This document shows, piece by piece, positions 19,015-28,592 of a DNA stretch of 64,000 nucleotides. The notes under the pieces are model-generated. The model worked only from the letters and a program-made list of their open reading frames with translations. It searched no databases and was not told the DNA's origin. The stretch comes from Nitrososphaeraceae archaeon (GTDB taxonomy: Archaea; Thermoproteota; Nitrososphaeria; Nitrososphaerales; Nitrososphaeraceae): the NCBI GenBank assembly GCA_044870765.1, contig JBIOZG010000005.1, forward strand, positions 64,001-128,000, written 5' to 3'. Numbering within the stretch: the stretch's first letter is position 1; the number at the start of each line of letters is the position of its first letter. The position numbers and the translations under genes are program-made.

Positions 19015-19684
19015 CCTTCACTAAGGGATGTGAACTGGATAATTTTATTAGTTTGATATAGATGTAACCGTGCTCGTCAATATTGTTTGTAAAGGTCGGA
19101 TTGTCAGATTTCAAACTAGAGTATTTTATGAAACAATTTACTGGATTATCTGGAAGAGTTGCATAGTAAAAATATGAGACTCCATCAGATTCGGCCATAT
19201 TTAACGCTGTCCCTACAACATATTTAGAGTTCTTGGTGCTATTAAAGACAAAAAGAGGCAAGGGTGATTCTTCATAGATCATTTTGTACGATGCAATCTT
19301 TACTAGGCTTTGGAAATTGGCTAATTTTATTGGTGCATAATTTGAATTCTTGACGCCTTTTGGTCTGCGCCAAAATATTTGTGGAAACTTTTCAACAGAA
19401 ATTATCGGAGAATACATAACCGAAGGATTTTGTATATTAGCGACTATCGCCACATCTTCGTAGCCGCCGGTATTTTTATATGCAAGATATTGACCAGCGC
19501 TTGAATATTTGACGTAGTATATCACAGGAATATTGTTCAGAAAATCAATTTGCGTTGCCAATAAATTTTCTTTGCCAGACTTAAATGAAAACGTCAAAAG
19601 TGGAGTTCGTTCAAAAGCGCAGACAAGTCTACCAAAATCTTGAACCGTGGAAACCTCGATAAAGAAAGGGGATTTAATTTGCAA
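19004..19684 (-). CDS. Conserved hypothetical protein
   Basis: 226-aa ORF between purA and pyrF, overlapping the pyrF start. Confidence 0.8.
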   Translation of the reverse strand: MQIKSPFFIEVSTVQDFGRLVCAFERTPLLTFSFKSGKENLLATQIDFLNNIPVIYYVKYSSAGQYLAYKNTGGYEDVAIVANIQNPSVMYSPIISVEKFPQIFWRRPKGVKNSNYAPIKLANFQSLVKIASYKMIYEESPLPLFVFNSTKNSKYVVGTALNMAESDGVSYFYYATLPDNPVNCFIKYSSLKSDNPTFTNNIDEHGYIYIKLIKLSSSHPLVKVDE

Positions 19685-19759
19685 TGCTCTACATTTTAAA
19701 ACTACATTATTAAAATCATGCGAAAAGGCTTGTCTGGAAGAAAATATTTCTCTTCAAAA

Positions 19760-20770
19760 CTAATTTTCTTCCCTACGATCGATTATTTGGTTAATCTCAG
19801 CCCCAGTACCTATGAGAACAACTTTAACACCTAGATTGGCCTCCATGTTCTCAATAAATTGCCTTGGTTTAGAAGTCAATTTAGAATATTCCGTTAGTCC
19901 GGCACATTCCGGAAATACTACGTCTAGTTTGGTAACGGCTAATTGGGTGGCGCTGTTTATTTTTATCGATTTTTTGGCTAACTCCAAGTTAAAAGGTGAT
20001 GCCCTTCTTTGTCGGCCAGTTACACTTCCGTATTCTACCCAACCTAATTTAGCGGCTTCATCAGAGCTAATTTCATTTTCCAGTGGGCCACCACCTACGC
20101 GGGTAACATATGCCTTAAAGACTAAAATAACATCGTCGACCTTCTTGGGTCCTATTCCAACGTCTGAACATATACCCGAAGCAGTAACATCTTTAGAAGT
20201 CACAAATGGATAATCGCCGTGGTACAAAGACAGAAATGTTCCTTGTGTTCCTTCTATGAGTACTGATTGACTTTTGTCGATAGATTCATTGACAATATCG
20301 GAAACATTGCCAAGATATTTCTTTAGACCATCCACATTTTTTGCAAGATTCAAGATCCTCAATGCACGATCCGAATTTGCCGGGCCAGTACCAGTTCCAG
20401 TGGTTCCAACAATATTCTTAAGGTGTAAATTCTCTTTATCCCTTGTTATATGTGACTCATCAATTATCCCGCAATGATTATCTATTTTTGTTCTATTTTC
20501 AGCATTATACTTGCGAGACTCATCTAGCAAGACTTCCGGTGTTATGAGGACTCCTGCTCCAATTAATAGCTGGGTTTCAGGATTTAAAACAGCGCTTGGC
20601 AACATGCGCACTTTGTAGGTTTGATTGTTGTGAACAAAAGTGTGACCGGCGTTTGCACCAACGCCCCCCCTTACTGCTATTTTTGGATTGTCCTTTATAG
20701 ATAGATATGCGATTATCTTTCCCTTTCCTTCATCTCCGTAAAAGCCTCCGACTATTACTTTACAGGTCAT
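19760..20770 (-). CDS. purA: Adenylosuccinate synthetase
   Basis: GDEGKGK, NAGHT, EGTQG, YPFVTS, VTGRQRR. Confidence 0.97.
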   Translation of the reverse strand: MTCKVIVGGFYGDEGKGKIIAYLSIKDNPKIAVRGGVGANAGHTFVHNNQTYKVRMLPSAVLNPETQLLIGAGVLITPEVLLDESRKYNAENRTKIDNHCGIIDESHITRDKENLHLKNIVGTTGTGTGPANSDRALRILNLAKNVDGLKKYLGNVSDIVNESIDKSQSVLIEGTQGTFLSLYHGDYPFVTSKDVTASGICSDVGIGPKKVDDVILVFKAYVTRVGGGPLENEISSDEAAKLGWVEYGSVTGRQRRASPFNLELAKKSIKINSATQLAVTKLDVVFPECAGLTEYSKLTSKPRQFIENMEANLGVKVVLIGTGAEINQIIDRREEN

Positions 20771-20979
20771 TTCCAGTTCACATTAAATTCCAAGTAAATA
20801 TAAGGATAATCTAGTAATACTAAATTTCCAAGGATAAACTATTGTAGTTGATCATGAAGCTTTTATTCTATGTGCCGGACATCGTCATACAGGCAAGGTT
20901 TATGCTGCTGTACTAAAAAACAATGCCACTAATTGACACAATTTTATATAGTCGATTTTGATTAAAGATAATATTTAAA

Positions 20980-21330
20980 ATGGATTATGAAAACTTATGC
21001 AAAGGGATATTAGCACTAGATCCAAAAATTCGCTTTGCCGGAGTATGTGACGAGACAGGAGAAATAAAATATGGTGGTCAGCGTGATGGGCTGGCTAATT
21101 TGTTGACTGCTGAAGAAACGAAGAGATCTAATTTGCAAGCACTTGCGAGATGGGGATTGCGGAATTCCTTGGCATCCAAAGTTGGCAAAGGAAAGTATGC
21201 CATGGCAGAGTATGAAAAGATTAAGCGAATCACTGCTCCTCTGGATAACGATCATCTCCTGCTGGTTACAACAGAAGTGGATGCGGACCACCAGAATGTA
21301 ATAGCCAAGGTTCTAAAATTAATTCAATGA
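20980..21330 (+). CDS. Roadblock/profilin-like thaumarchaeal protein (DUF6659-like)
   Basis: LDPKIRFAGV, GKGKYAMAEYEKIKRIT, LLVTTE pattern. Confidence 0.75.
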   Translation: MDYENLCKGILALDPKIRFAGVCDETGEIKYGGQRDGLANLLTAEETKRSNLQALARWGLRNSLASKVGKGKYAMAEYEKIKRITAPLDNDHLLLVTTEVDADHQNVIAKVLKLIQ

Positions 21331-21386
21331 TTATCTTAGTCTTTGTTTTTTTGGCGCTTACTAAGGAAGTCGACTGAAACTAGAAA

Positions 21387-21785
21387 TCACTTTATCCATC
21401 CATGTTCATGCTCTCTATGATCATGTGATGCTCCTACGCCAGTGACTCCTCCCATGTAATCACCATACACAGCTACGACATCTTTCAAATCTGAGAGTTC
21501 TTTGAGAAATTCCAGTGTTAATTTATCGTTAAATGCGTAATGGGTACCGCTATCATGTATTGTAGGATTCATCCCAGTCTTGCTAATTATATAAGTCCGC
21601 ATTTCTTCTGAATTAATTTCTGGTTTGGTAAACACTTCAATTAAATAAAAAGGGTCTTTATCAGGGCTATTACGTTTTCTCATCAACAAATCATGAATGA
21701 GTTTTGGATGAATCTTTGGAAGATGAATTTCATACAGAGTATTCAGACCCTCAAAGACTCTTTTAATTTCACTCAATTCTGACAA
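21387..21785 (-). CDS. Hypothetical protein with His-rich C-terminus
   Basis: 132-aa ORF ending HDHREHEHGWIK. Confidence 0.75.
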   Translation of the reverse strand: MSELSEIKRVFEGLNTLYEIHLPKIHPKLIHDLLMRKRNSPDKDPFYLIEVFTKPEINSEEMRTYIISKTGMNPTIHDSGTHYAFNDKLTLEFLKELSDLKDVVAVYGDYMGGVTGVGASHDHREHEHGWIK

Positions 21786-21982
21786 TTTTTAATCAATAAT
21801 AATATGTGATTATAAGTATATGAGCATTTTTGCATATCATTTTTGCAAAGCTTACTATCGTATGATTGCCCAAATTACTAGCATATCATCAATCACTACC
21901 AATTTATTGGGATAGAGTGAACCCTGTGGAAGAAGAAATAACATATTAAATGCACTATAAATATTTCATATTGATAATCAAT

Positions 21983-22444
21983 ATGGCTGGCTTCTCAAGT
22001 GACGGGGATATCGAAAACTTGATTTTTATAATAGCCAACCTTCCAGAATTTCTAAAAACTTCGGTTTGCAGAACTAAAACCAAGGAATTGATCGAAATGT
22101 CTGAGTCTGAAAAAAAGGAGACTATGATTAGGAGCTTGAGTTCTCTAAATTTGGTAGATAATAACAAGTTGATAGATTTAACAAAAACATGGATGAAAGT
22201 GATCTCAGAAATTGAACCTGATAAGCTTACGGAAATTTTGCATTGTTATCTAATGACATTAAGTAGTGTCAAGCTCTTTGACAAAATAGATCCAAAATTG
22301 ATTTTGGATATATTCTCTTCACTTGAAGATAATCAAAGGAATAAATTGATGGTCTGTTTAAAGGAGGCACTATTTCTTAATCCAAACAGAGACGGGGTTT
22401 TGAAAAATATTCCAACGAATCTAGCCAAAGTAATACTCAATTAA
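21983..22444 (+). CDS. Hypothetical alpha-helical protein
   Basis: ORF with ANLPEFLK; start placed at MAGFS. Confidence 0.75.
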   Translation: MAGFSSDGDIENLIFIIANLPEFLKTSVCRTKTKELIEMSESEKKETMIRSLSSLNLVDNNKLIDLTKTWMKVISEIEPDKLTEILHCYLMTLSSVKLFDKIDPKLILDIFSSLEDNQRNKLMVCLKEALFLNPNRDGVLKNIPTNLAKVILN

Positions 22445-22692
22445 GGCGTTCCAGGATTTTCTGGATTTTTCTTTAATTCCTCCACTTTATCCAAACCAAA
22501 GAATCCTCTTTCATATTTTCTTAACGCTTTCCTGTGTTCTGGTAATGACATGTCTAAATGCATTTCATTAATTACCATTACTCCGTATGTGGTCCATTCT
22601 TTCCAGCAATCATTACACGATGGATATTTCAATGCTGACGGGTCTTCAATTTCTTTTTCCTCAAAATCTTTTCCGCATTTTAAGCATTTCAT
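22441..22692 (-). CDS. YggX-like Fe(II)-trafficking / oxidative damage protection protein
   Basis: CNDCWKEW..MVINEMHLDMSLPEHRKAL..FF, plus an N-terminal CxxC. Confidence 0.82.
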   Translation of the reverse strand: MKCLKCGKDFEEKEIEDPSALKYPSCNDCWKEWTTYGVMVINEMHLDMSLPEHRKALRKYERGFFGLDKVEELKKNPENPGTP

Positions 22693-22758
22693 TAAAAGCT
22701 CATGAAACCTAAGGTTATTTTATTGTTTTATTCCACAAGCGTAATTTGGCCATTTACG

Positions 22759-22965
22759 CTACTTTTTGTAACTATGATTTTTTCTAATGTGATCCCGCAT
22801 TACCTCCATTCCTTCGAACTTTGCATTACATTTCTTACATTCATATGTCTTGTTATCGTGAGTTATTTGAAAATGATGCATAAGTTTCTCTAATGTCCTG
22901 AAATTTTTTCCACAAAAATCGCAAGTATTTTTATTTAAAAAACTAAACTTGTGAAATTTGAACAC
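22759..22965 (-). CDS. Double C2H2 zinc-finger protein
   Basis: CDFCGKNF..LMHHFQITH and CKKCNAKF..MRDHIRKNH. Confidence 0.85.
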   Translation of the reverse strand: MFKFHKFSFLNKNTCDFCGKNFRTLEKLMHHFQITHDNKTYECKKCNAKFEGMEVMRDHIRKNHSYKK

Positions 22966-23093
22966 AATTCCAATATCTATTTTTTGGTATTTATATCATT
23001 ATCAAATTCATCCTGAAATGGACAGTACCATTGATATTCGACTTTATCTATTAATGAAAATCTTATTATTTTCATTTTACATTTTGTAGCACA

Positions 23094-23675
23094 ATGGGAT
23101 TGTTTGATCCTGCGTTTTATTCCAAAAGTACGAAAGAAGTTGCAAGGGACCTCCTAGGAAAGAAGCTTGTCAGAATATTTGATAATGGCTCAGGTAAGCT
23201 AATACGTTTATCTGGAATCATATCAGAAACGGAAGCATACGGTTCAAAGGACGACCCCGCAAGCCATGCGTTTAATGGTATGACGAATAGAAATTCGGTA
23301 ATGTTTGGAGAGGTTGGTAAAGCCTATGTTTATTTTATTTATGGGGTGCATCATTGTATGAATGTTACTGCACATTCACCTGCTCATGATGCAGGAGCGG
23401 TGCTGATAAGATCATTAATACCAACAGAGGGAATAAGCTCAATGATGAGTCGATGTAATGCGCAGAATAAATTAAACCTAACAAACGGGCCTGGGAAATT
23501 AACGAGGGCTCTGGATATTAACAGATCTCATAATGGATTTAGCTTATCTGATAGGCAATCATTATTGCACATTGAAGATGGGATAAAGCCTAATAAAGTA
23601 GTCAGTACTGCTAGAATCGGTATAAGTAGGGCTAGGGAAAAACATTGGCGATACCTGATCGTAGACGACAGGTAA
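23094..23675 (+). CDS. mpg: 3-methyladenine DNA glycosylase (MPG/AAG family)
   Basis: ETEAYG, YVYFIYGVH, AVLIRS, NGPGKL, RIGI. Confidence 0.95.
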   Translation: MGLFDPAFYSKSTKEVARDLLGKKLVRIFDNGSGKLIRLSGIISETEAYGSKDDPASHAFNGMTNRNSVMFGEVGKAYVYFIYGVHHCMNVTAHSPAHDAGAVLIRSLIPTEGISSMMSRCNAQNKLNLTNGPGKLTRALDINRSHNGFSLSDRQSLLHIEDGIKPNKVVSTARIGISRAREKHWRYLIVDDR

Positions 23676-23718
23676 ACAGGATAAAACAAAAGAAATTTGG
23701 CCGTGTTTTCTTGGACCA

Positions 23719-25443
23719 TTACCAATATCTTGCTTTTATTTTCTCAATTACCCTTTCGTGTTCAGGGCCCCTTCTTCTAGCATATCTCTCCATTGCACCT
23801 AATGGAACTCCGCCTAATGTTCGAGCGAGTCCTGCAAAAAAGACATTCTTTATTGGATTATCTCGGCCTACTTTATGCATAAATTTCTGAATTCCGTATT
23901 TGAAATTATGTTGCCATGTCTTGTACATCACTCCCAATTTAGGAGGATCCATGGTATTCCCAATATCAAAGAAATCTGATTTTTCTAACAATCCTATTGG
24001 AACAAATGTCAGTGGAGTAGTGGTGAACTTTGAATCTGGTTGTTCCGTTTCCAAAGAATGAATTAATTCAATTGTCTCCCAACTGTCTTCGACAGTTTCA
24101 TCATTATCCAGTCCCATTATTAGTGTAAATGCAGGTACCCAATAGTTTTCATTTAATGTCTTTATTCCATTTTTTACTACCCAGTGCCATTCGGATGGTT
24201 TGAATGGAGATAGCTTTCTATCTGCATATTTGCCGATTAATCGTATGCTGCCAGTTTCAAAACCGCATTGAATACCTATCATATTGTCAGGTGACGCCCT
24301 AATTATTTTGGATATATTTGGTATTAATCTCTCGTCAGCAATAGCTCCTGCAAGAGTCCCATGGGTGGGATTAGTATGTTCAATTCCAGTGGACATTATT
24401 CCTGAAAATAATTCTTCTAGAGCTTCACGGTTAGGTTGCATGTTTTTAGTCGTTCTGGGATTCAAACCGTATACAAAAATATCATCGCTGTGAACCCATG
24501 CATTCTTCAATCCACCATATTTCATGTTGATTTCAATTTCTTTTACGACTTTTTCCACCGGGTAGTATCTTAACGGTCTTAGAGTTACATCGCAAAACTT
24601 GCAGCCACGTCCACAGCCTCTCATTACCTCAATCATTCCATGCATACTAGGATTAATTATAGTTGGGATTTCATCAACGCTAGGTTCGTTCCAGTAATGA
24701 ATGAATCTGCCATGATAAGTGTTACCACCTCTTTCAAATTCTTTTATCTCAACTTTGAAAGGATTCTTCTTAAATGGATTTGCTGTATCTAGCTCATTGT
24801 TGATCAAGGCGTCAAAAAACTTCGCTCCAGCACCGTCAATTTCTGGACCTATTCCCCCCAAATCGCCCTCAACGATTCCGTATAATCCATATTCTTCTAT
24901 TTTTGCAGGATCATAATTATACTGCCATGTACCGGAGGCACCTGCAATCACTTTTGCTTTACTTCCATTTTTTTCTTTTGCTCTATTAATCTTCATGTGA
25001 AGATCTTTGTTGTAAAATTCATCATACGATATCTGCTTCCGCCCATAAGTAAATGTCATAGTTACGGGTCCCATGCCAAGCGGATCCATTTCATATGTTC
25101 CTACAATCTCAGTTTCAGGACCAATGAATTTTTCTACATAATCAGGGTGTGCGACTACAACATCCTCCCTACTATATCCGTCTCGAACCAGTGAAGCTTC
25201 TACCTTTCTAAGCCCGTAGGGGGCGTAATCTGCAATACCGTTGTGATGAGAAATAGGATTACAAATAAAATCAAACAATAATCTTGGTGTAACTTGGTTG
25301 CCGAGTATTTTGTACAAAAATGTATCATGTGCTCTGTTTGGATCGATAGCTGGTGCACAACCGAAAAATGATGCTAACGAGATACCTCTATACGGTGACA
25401 TGAGCGTGCGATCTGCTGTGAGAACGACCTTCGGATGTTTCAA
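23719..25443 (-). CDS. B12-binding-like radical SAM protein, GDGT ring synthase (Grs) family
   Basis: VVLTADRTLMS, APYGLRKVEASL, DPLGMGP, RGCGRGCKFC, GFETGS resemble Sulfolobus GrsA/GrsB-type proteins. Confidence 0.8.
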   Translation of the reverse strand: MKHPKVVLTADRTLMSPYRGISLASFFGCAPAIDPNRAHDTFLYKILGNQVTPRLLFDFICNPISHHNGIADYAPYGLRKVEASLVRDGYSREDVVVAHPDYVEKFIGPETEIVGTYEMDPLGMGPVTMTFTYGRKQISYDEFYNKDLHMKINRAKEKNGSKAKVIAGASGTWQYNYDPAKIEEYGLYGIVEGDLGGIGPEIDGAGAKFFDALINNELDTANPFKKNPFKVEIKEFERGGNTYHGRFIHYWNEPSVDEIPTIINPSMHGMIEVMRGCGRGCKFCDVTLRPLRYYPVEKVVKEIEINMKYGGLKNAWVHSDDIFVYGLNPRTTKNMQPNREALEELFSGIMSTGIEHTNPTHGTLAGAIADERLIPNISKIIRASPDNMIGIQCGFETGSIRLIGKYADRKLSPFKPSEWHWVVKNGIKTLNENYWVPAFTLIMGLDNDETVEDSWETIELIHSLETEQPDSKFTTTPLTFVPIGLLEKSDFFDIGNTMDPPKLGVMYKTWQHNFKYGIQKFMHKVGRDNPIKNVFFAGLARTLGGVPLGAMERYARRRGPEHERVIEKIKARYW

Positions 25444-25512
25444 GAGTCTTTATACATACCTCAAAGACGTAGATTTTAAGTTTTCCAAATTCAAGGTATC
25501 ATTTAGATACCC

Positions 25513-26613
25513 TTATTTTAATATTATTCTCAAAACATCATTGTCTTTCAAAACGTGATCCAATCCTACCTTTTGGGAACTAAATTTAACACTACTGCCC
25601 CAAACATAAGCATATTTGAAATCTTTAACAAAATTCCTGTGGATTTTTTGGCAAACATCTCTAATAGTGCAGTTTTGATTCATTATGAGGGGTTCATTAT
25701 CAATTTTATCGCCTCTTGGTTTAAGGAAGACCCGAATAAACGCAAGTTTTTCATAAATCATTCTTTTCAAGTCTTCAATGTTTATCTTGAGGTCAGCTGA
25801 GATAGGAATAAAACTTTGAATCTTTTTTTCGATCTCCAAAACAAATTTACTATCTACAAGATCGATTTTATTCAACACAACCAGCGAGGGTAGATAAATC
25901 CTATTTCCAGAAACAACATCTATCAACTGCTCTATCGTCAAGTTTGGTTCTTTGATCATTATGCGACCATTGCTTATCCCATGAATTCGGAGAACCTCTT
26001 TTATCAGATCATCTGGAATGCTAGAAACTTGGTTATGGACAGAAAGTCCTCCGATATGTGCTTTTTCTATATGCACTTGCGGAAATTTTTTATTGACTCT
26101 AATACCCACTTCATGTAGCTCTCTTTCCAGCATCTCTAATAATTCTGGTTGAAAAACATCCAGTACCATCAGAACCAAATCTGCGTTTCTTGCGACAGAA
26201 AGAACTTTCTTTCCTAAACCCCTTCCCTTCGATGCACCTTCAACTATACCTGGGAGATCGAGTATCTGAATTTTAGAACCATTGTACTGCATCATTCCTG
26301 GCACAGCTGTTAGTGTTGTAAATTGATAAGAACCTATACGAGAATTTGCGTTTGTTAATGCGTTGAGCAACGTAGACTTTCCAACACTGGGCAATCCTAC
26401 CAGAACTACCGACGCATCTCCAGACTTTCTAACATTGAATCCCTCGTTTTCCTTACCAGAAGAAACTGTCTTGCCATGTCTGTTTTCGTCTAATTCTCGT
26501 CTAAGTTTTGCTATTTTTGCTTTAAGAATTCCAATATGAAATTCTGTCGCCTTGTTTATTTGCGTCCTATGGATCTCTTCTTGGATGGCTTTGATTTTTT
26601 CAGGAATTCCCAG
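25513..26613 (-). CDS. DRG/OBG-family GTPase with TGS domain; probable CTG start at 26613
   Basis: GIPEKIKAIQEEIHRTQINKATEFH N-terminus in frame upstream of the track ORF; GLPSVGKST, FTT, DLPG, NKID, KVGLDH. Confidence 0.93.
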   Translation of the reverse strand: MGIPEKIKAIQEEIHRTQINKATEFHIGILKAKIAKLRRELDENRHGKTVSSGKENEGFNVRKSGDASVVLVGLPSVGKSTLLNALTNANSRIGSYQFTTLTAVPGMMQYNGSKIQILDLPGIVEGASKGRGLGKKVLSVARNADLVLMVLDVFQPELLEMLERELHEVGIRVNKKFPQVHIEKAHIGGLSVHNQVSSIPDDLIKEVLRIHGISNGRIMIKEPNLTIEQLIDVVSGNRIYLPSLVVLNKIDLVDSKFVLEIEKKIQSFIPISADLKINIEDLKRMIYEKLAFIRVFLKPRGDKIDNEPLIMNQNCTIRDVCQKIHRNFVKDFKYAYVWGSSVKFSSQKVGLDHVLKDNDVLRIILK

Positions 26614-26751
26614 GAATAAAACCCCCTAGGTTTATTCGCTCATATTCGATAAATATCTGTTTAGATTGAGTAGATGAATTGAGCATATACAATAACAAGT
26701 CGTAACCCAAATCAAAATATCACCAAATTATCTGTAGTGGACTGATGACTA

Positions 26752-27300
26752 TTATTTTTCTCCTGAAATGTCCATTATGTTTGAAGAGCTTTTTTTCCTT
26801 CCATAGAAAAATATGACCACTGCTATAACAGAGATTGTCGTTGCAAGTAGGATATAATTAATGGGTGAAACCAAAAGTATCCCAATTTGTGGAATTACCA
26901 GTTTGACTTTTCCAATGTAATTCTTACTGTCTACTGGGAAATCAATACCTGGAATAGATACGGGACTAGCGTCTCCTTTAGTTATAATTATCCTTTTACC
27001 GTTCTCCGACGTTATTTCGGTAATTCTGTGTACAATTATTCGGTCTTCCCCGGCAGGCTTGTTAAACACTATCATGTCCCCCACTTTAGTAGTGTTAAAC
27101 ATTTGTCCGTCCCCAATGAATATTAGATCGTTTACATTGAGTGCCCGAGCCATAGTGTCATCATGTATCACGAAAAATGGCTGAGGATTGTCAAATTCAG
27201 TTTCAAGATAATGGTAAAGTGAAACAACTATTAAAACTCCCAAGACAAAAACTATTACGTTCTTGATAATAGTTGGAAGGCGAGATCTTTCATCTAGCAA
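26752..27300 (-). CDS. Signal peptidase I (S26/Sec11 type) paralogue
   Basis: TM helix, GDMIVF, IIVHRI, TKGD, YIGKV..IPQIG, TM helix. Confidence 0.85.
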   Translation of the reverse strand: MLDERSRLPTIIKNVIVFVLGVLIVVSLYHYLETEFDNPQPFFVIHDDTMARALNVNDLIFIGDGQMFNTTKVGDMIVFNKPAGEDRIIVHRITEITSENGKRIIITKGDASPVSIPGIDFPVDSKNYIGKVKLVIPQIGILLVSPINYILLATTISVIAVVIFFYGRKKSSSNIMDISGEK

Positions 27301-27394
27301 ATTATGAAAAATTATTTATTTAGATAAGATAAATCTTTAGATTTTTTGAATTATTGGCAGCTCAGTCTAATGCCTTTTCATCATTAATTGAGTC

Positions 27395-27841
27395 TTAGTA
27401 TAACTCTGAATCTTCACTGCTGCCACTTTGTATTTTACTTTTTTGATATTTAACATAATCGTCCACAGCAGAATTTGCTTGTAAATCTGCTTCGTGATTT
27501 TCAGCTCTCATAATGTGCTTGTATTCAACAAGATCAAATGACTTTTCAAGATTGGAGATTTCCATTGACATTGTTTTTAATTCACTGTTTCTTATCTTGT
27601 ATTTTCTAGACCGTTGGTTGACCAACAATATACTGTCTGATTTGATTCTGATACATCTAGTATGAAAATTGGTTATCTGCAATGCCCTTTTTAATGCAAA
27701 GTATTCTGCCTGATTGTTTGTCTTGATTCCAATAAATTCCCTATAGCTAAAAATCCTCTTGTTTTCCTTAAATGCTATTACACCTATGCCAGAAGGACCC
27801 GGGTTTCCTCTACTTGACCCATCAATGTAAATCTCATACAA
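27395..27841 (-). CDS. rnhA: Ribonuclease HI
   Basis: DGSSRGNPG, TNNQAEY, SDS, RAENHEAD. Confidence 0.94.
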   Translation of the reverse strand: MYEIYIDGSSRGNPGPSGIGVIAFKENKRIFSYREFIGIKTNNQAEYFALKRALQITNFHTRCIRIKSDSILLVNQRSRKYKIRNSELKTMSMEISNLEKSFDLVEYKHIMRAENHEADLQANSAVDDYVKYQKSKIQSGSSEDSELY

Positions 27842-28005
27842 TAAAACTCACTGTTGGTGTCTATAATATAATATTAACAATGATTTGAATTGATTAAAAA
27901 ATGGTATTCCTTAGATCCTTACTCTAATTAGATAGATATAGACAAATTTTGACCTTTTTCAATTATATTAAAGTACATTTTTATGATTCTTATAGGTGAC
28001 AATGT

Positions 28006-28560
28006 GTGCCTAAAAGAAAAATTAAAGAAGATAAACCAAGGAAAAAAATGGGAAAAAAACAAATCTTAATACCGCCAGTAATTGTCGGTGTCGCAACACT
28101 ATCCGGATTCCTTATTATACAATTCTTTCCTGCTCCATCCCCAGTTCAGGTTTGCCTCAAATCACATAATGATACATTTAACGTTCACTCAAGGATCGAT
28201 CTTGAAGTTGACGGACACAAGAAACTATTACCTGATACGGTGGGACAAACTAAAGAAGGTAAGGAATGTCTTAGAGTTATACATACCGATAGTGTTGGCG
28301 ATCAAATCCATATACAATTTGTCCGTCCTGTGAGACTTACATTAGGAGATTTCATGAAAATATATACAAACAACAGCACAATTGTTCAAGTAGTAGATAA
28401 TTCAACCGGCAAGGACATATATCAAAACATTACTCTCGCTGATTATAATATAGATTATTCATATTTTTCTGATGGCGGATTTGTCGAAATTAGTAATCTG
28501 ACAAGTTCACCTCCACTAAGTGATTCATTCTTTGGAAGAATATCAATGATCTCCAAATAG
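28006..28560 (+). CDS. Membrane-anchored hypothetical protein
   Basis: Basic N-terminus, TM helix, CLRVIHTD..IHI and TLGDF motif. Confidence 0.8.
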   Translation: MPKRKIKEDKPRKKMGKKQILIPPVIVGVATLSGFLIIQFFPAPSPVQVCLKSHNDTFNVHSRIDLEVDGHKKLLPDTVGQTKEGKECLRVIHTDSVGDQIHIQFVRPVRLTLGDFMKIYTNNSTIVQVVDNSTGKDIYQNITLADYNIDYSYFSDGGFVEISNLTSSPPLSDSFFGRISMISK

Positions 28561-28592
28561 ATATAAATAGACAGGATCATTTTTGATAAGGA

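Noticed and set aside
26697-26706. aagtcgtaac matches the conserved 16S rRNA 1492 region, so the minus strand could be a C/D guide
   Set aside because: Only 10 nt, with no properly placed C or D boxes; compatible with chance
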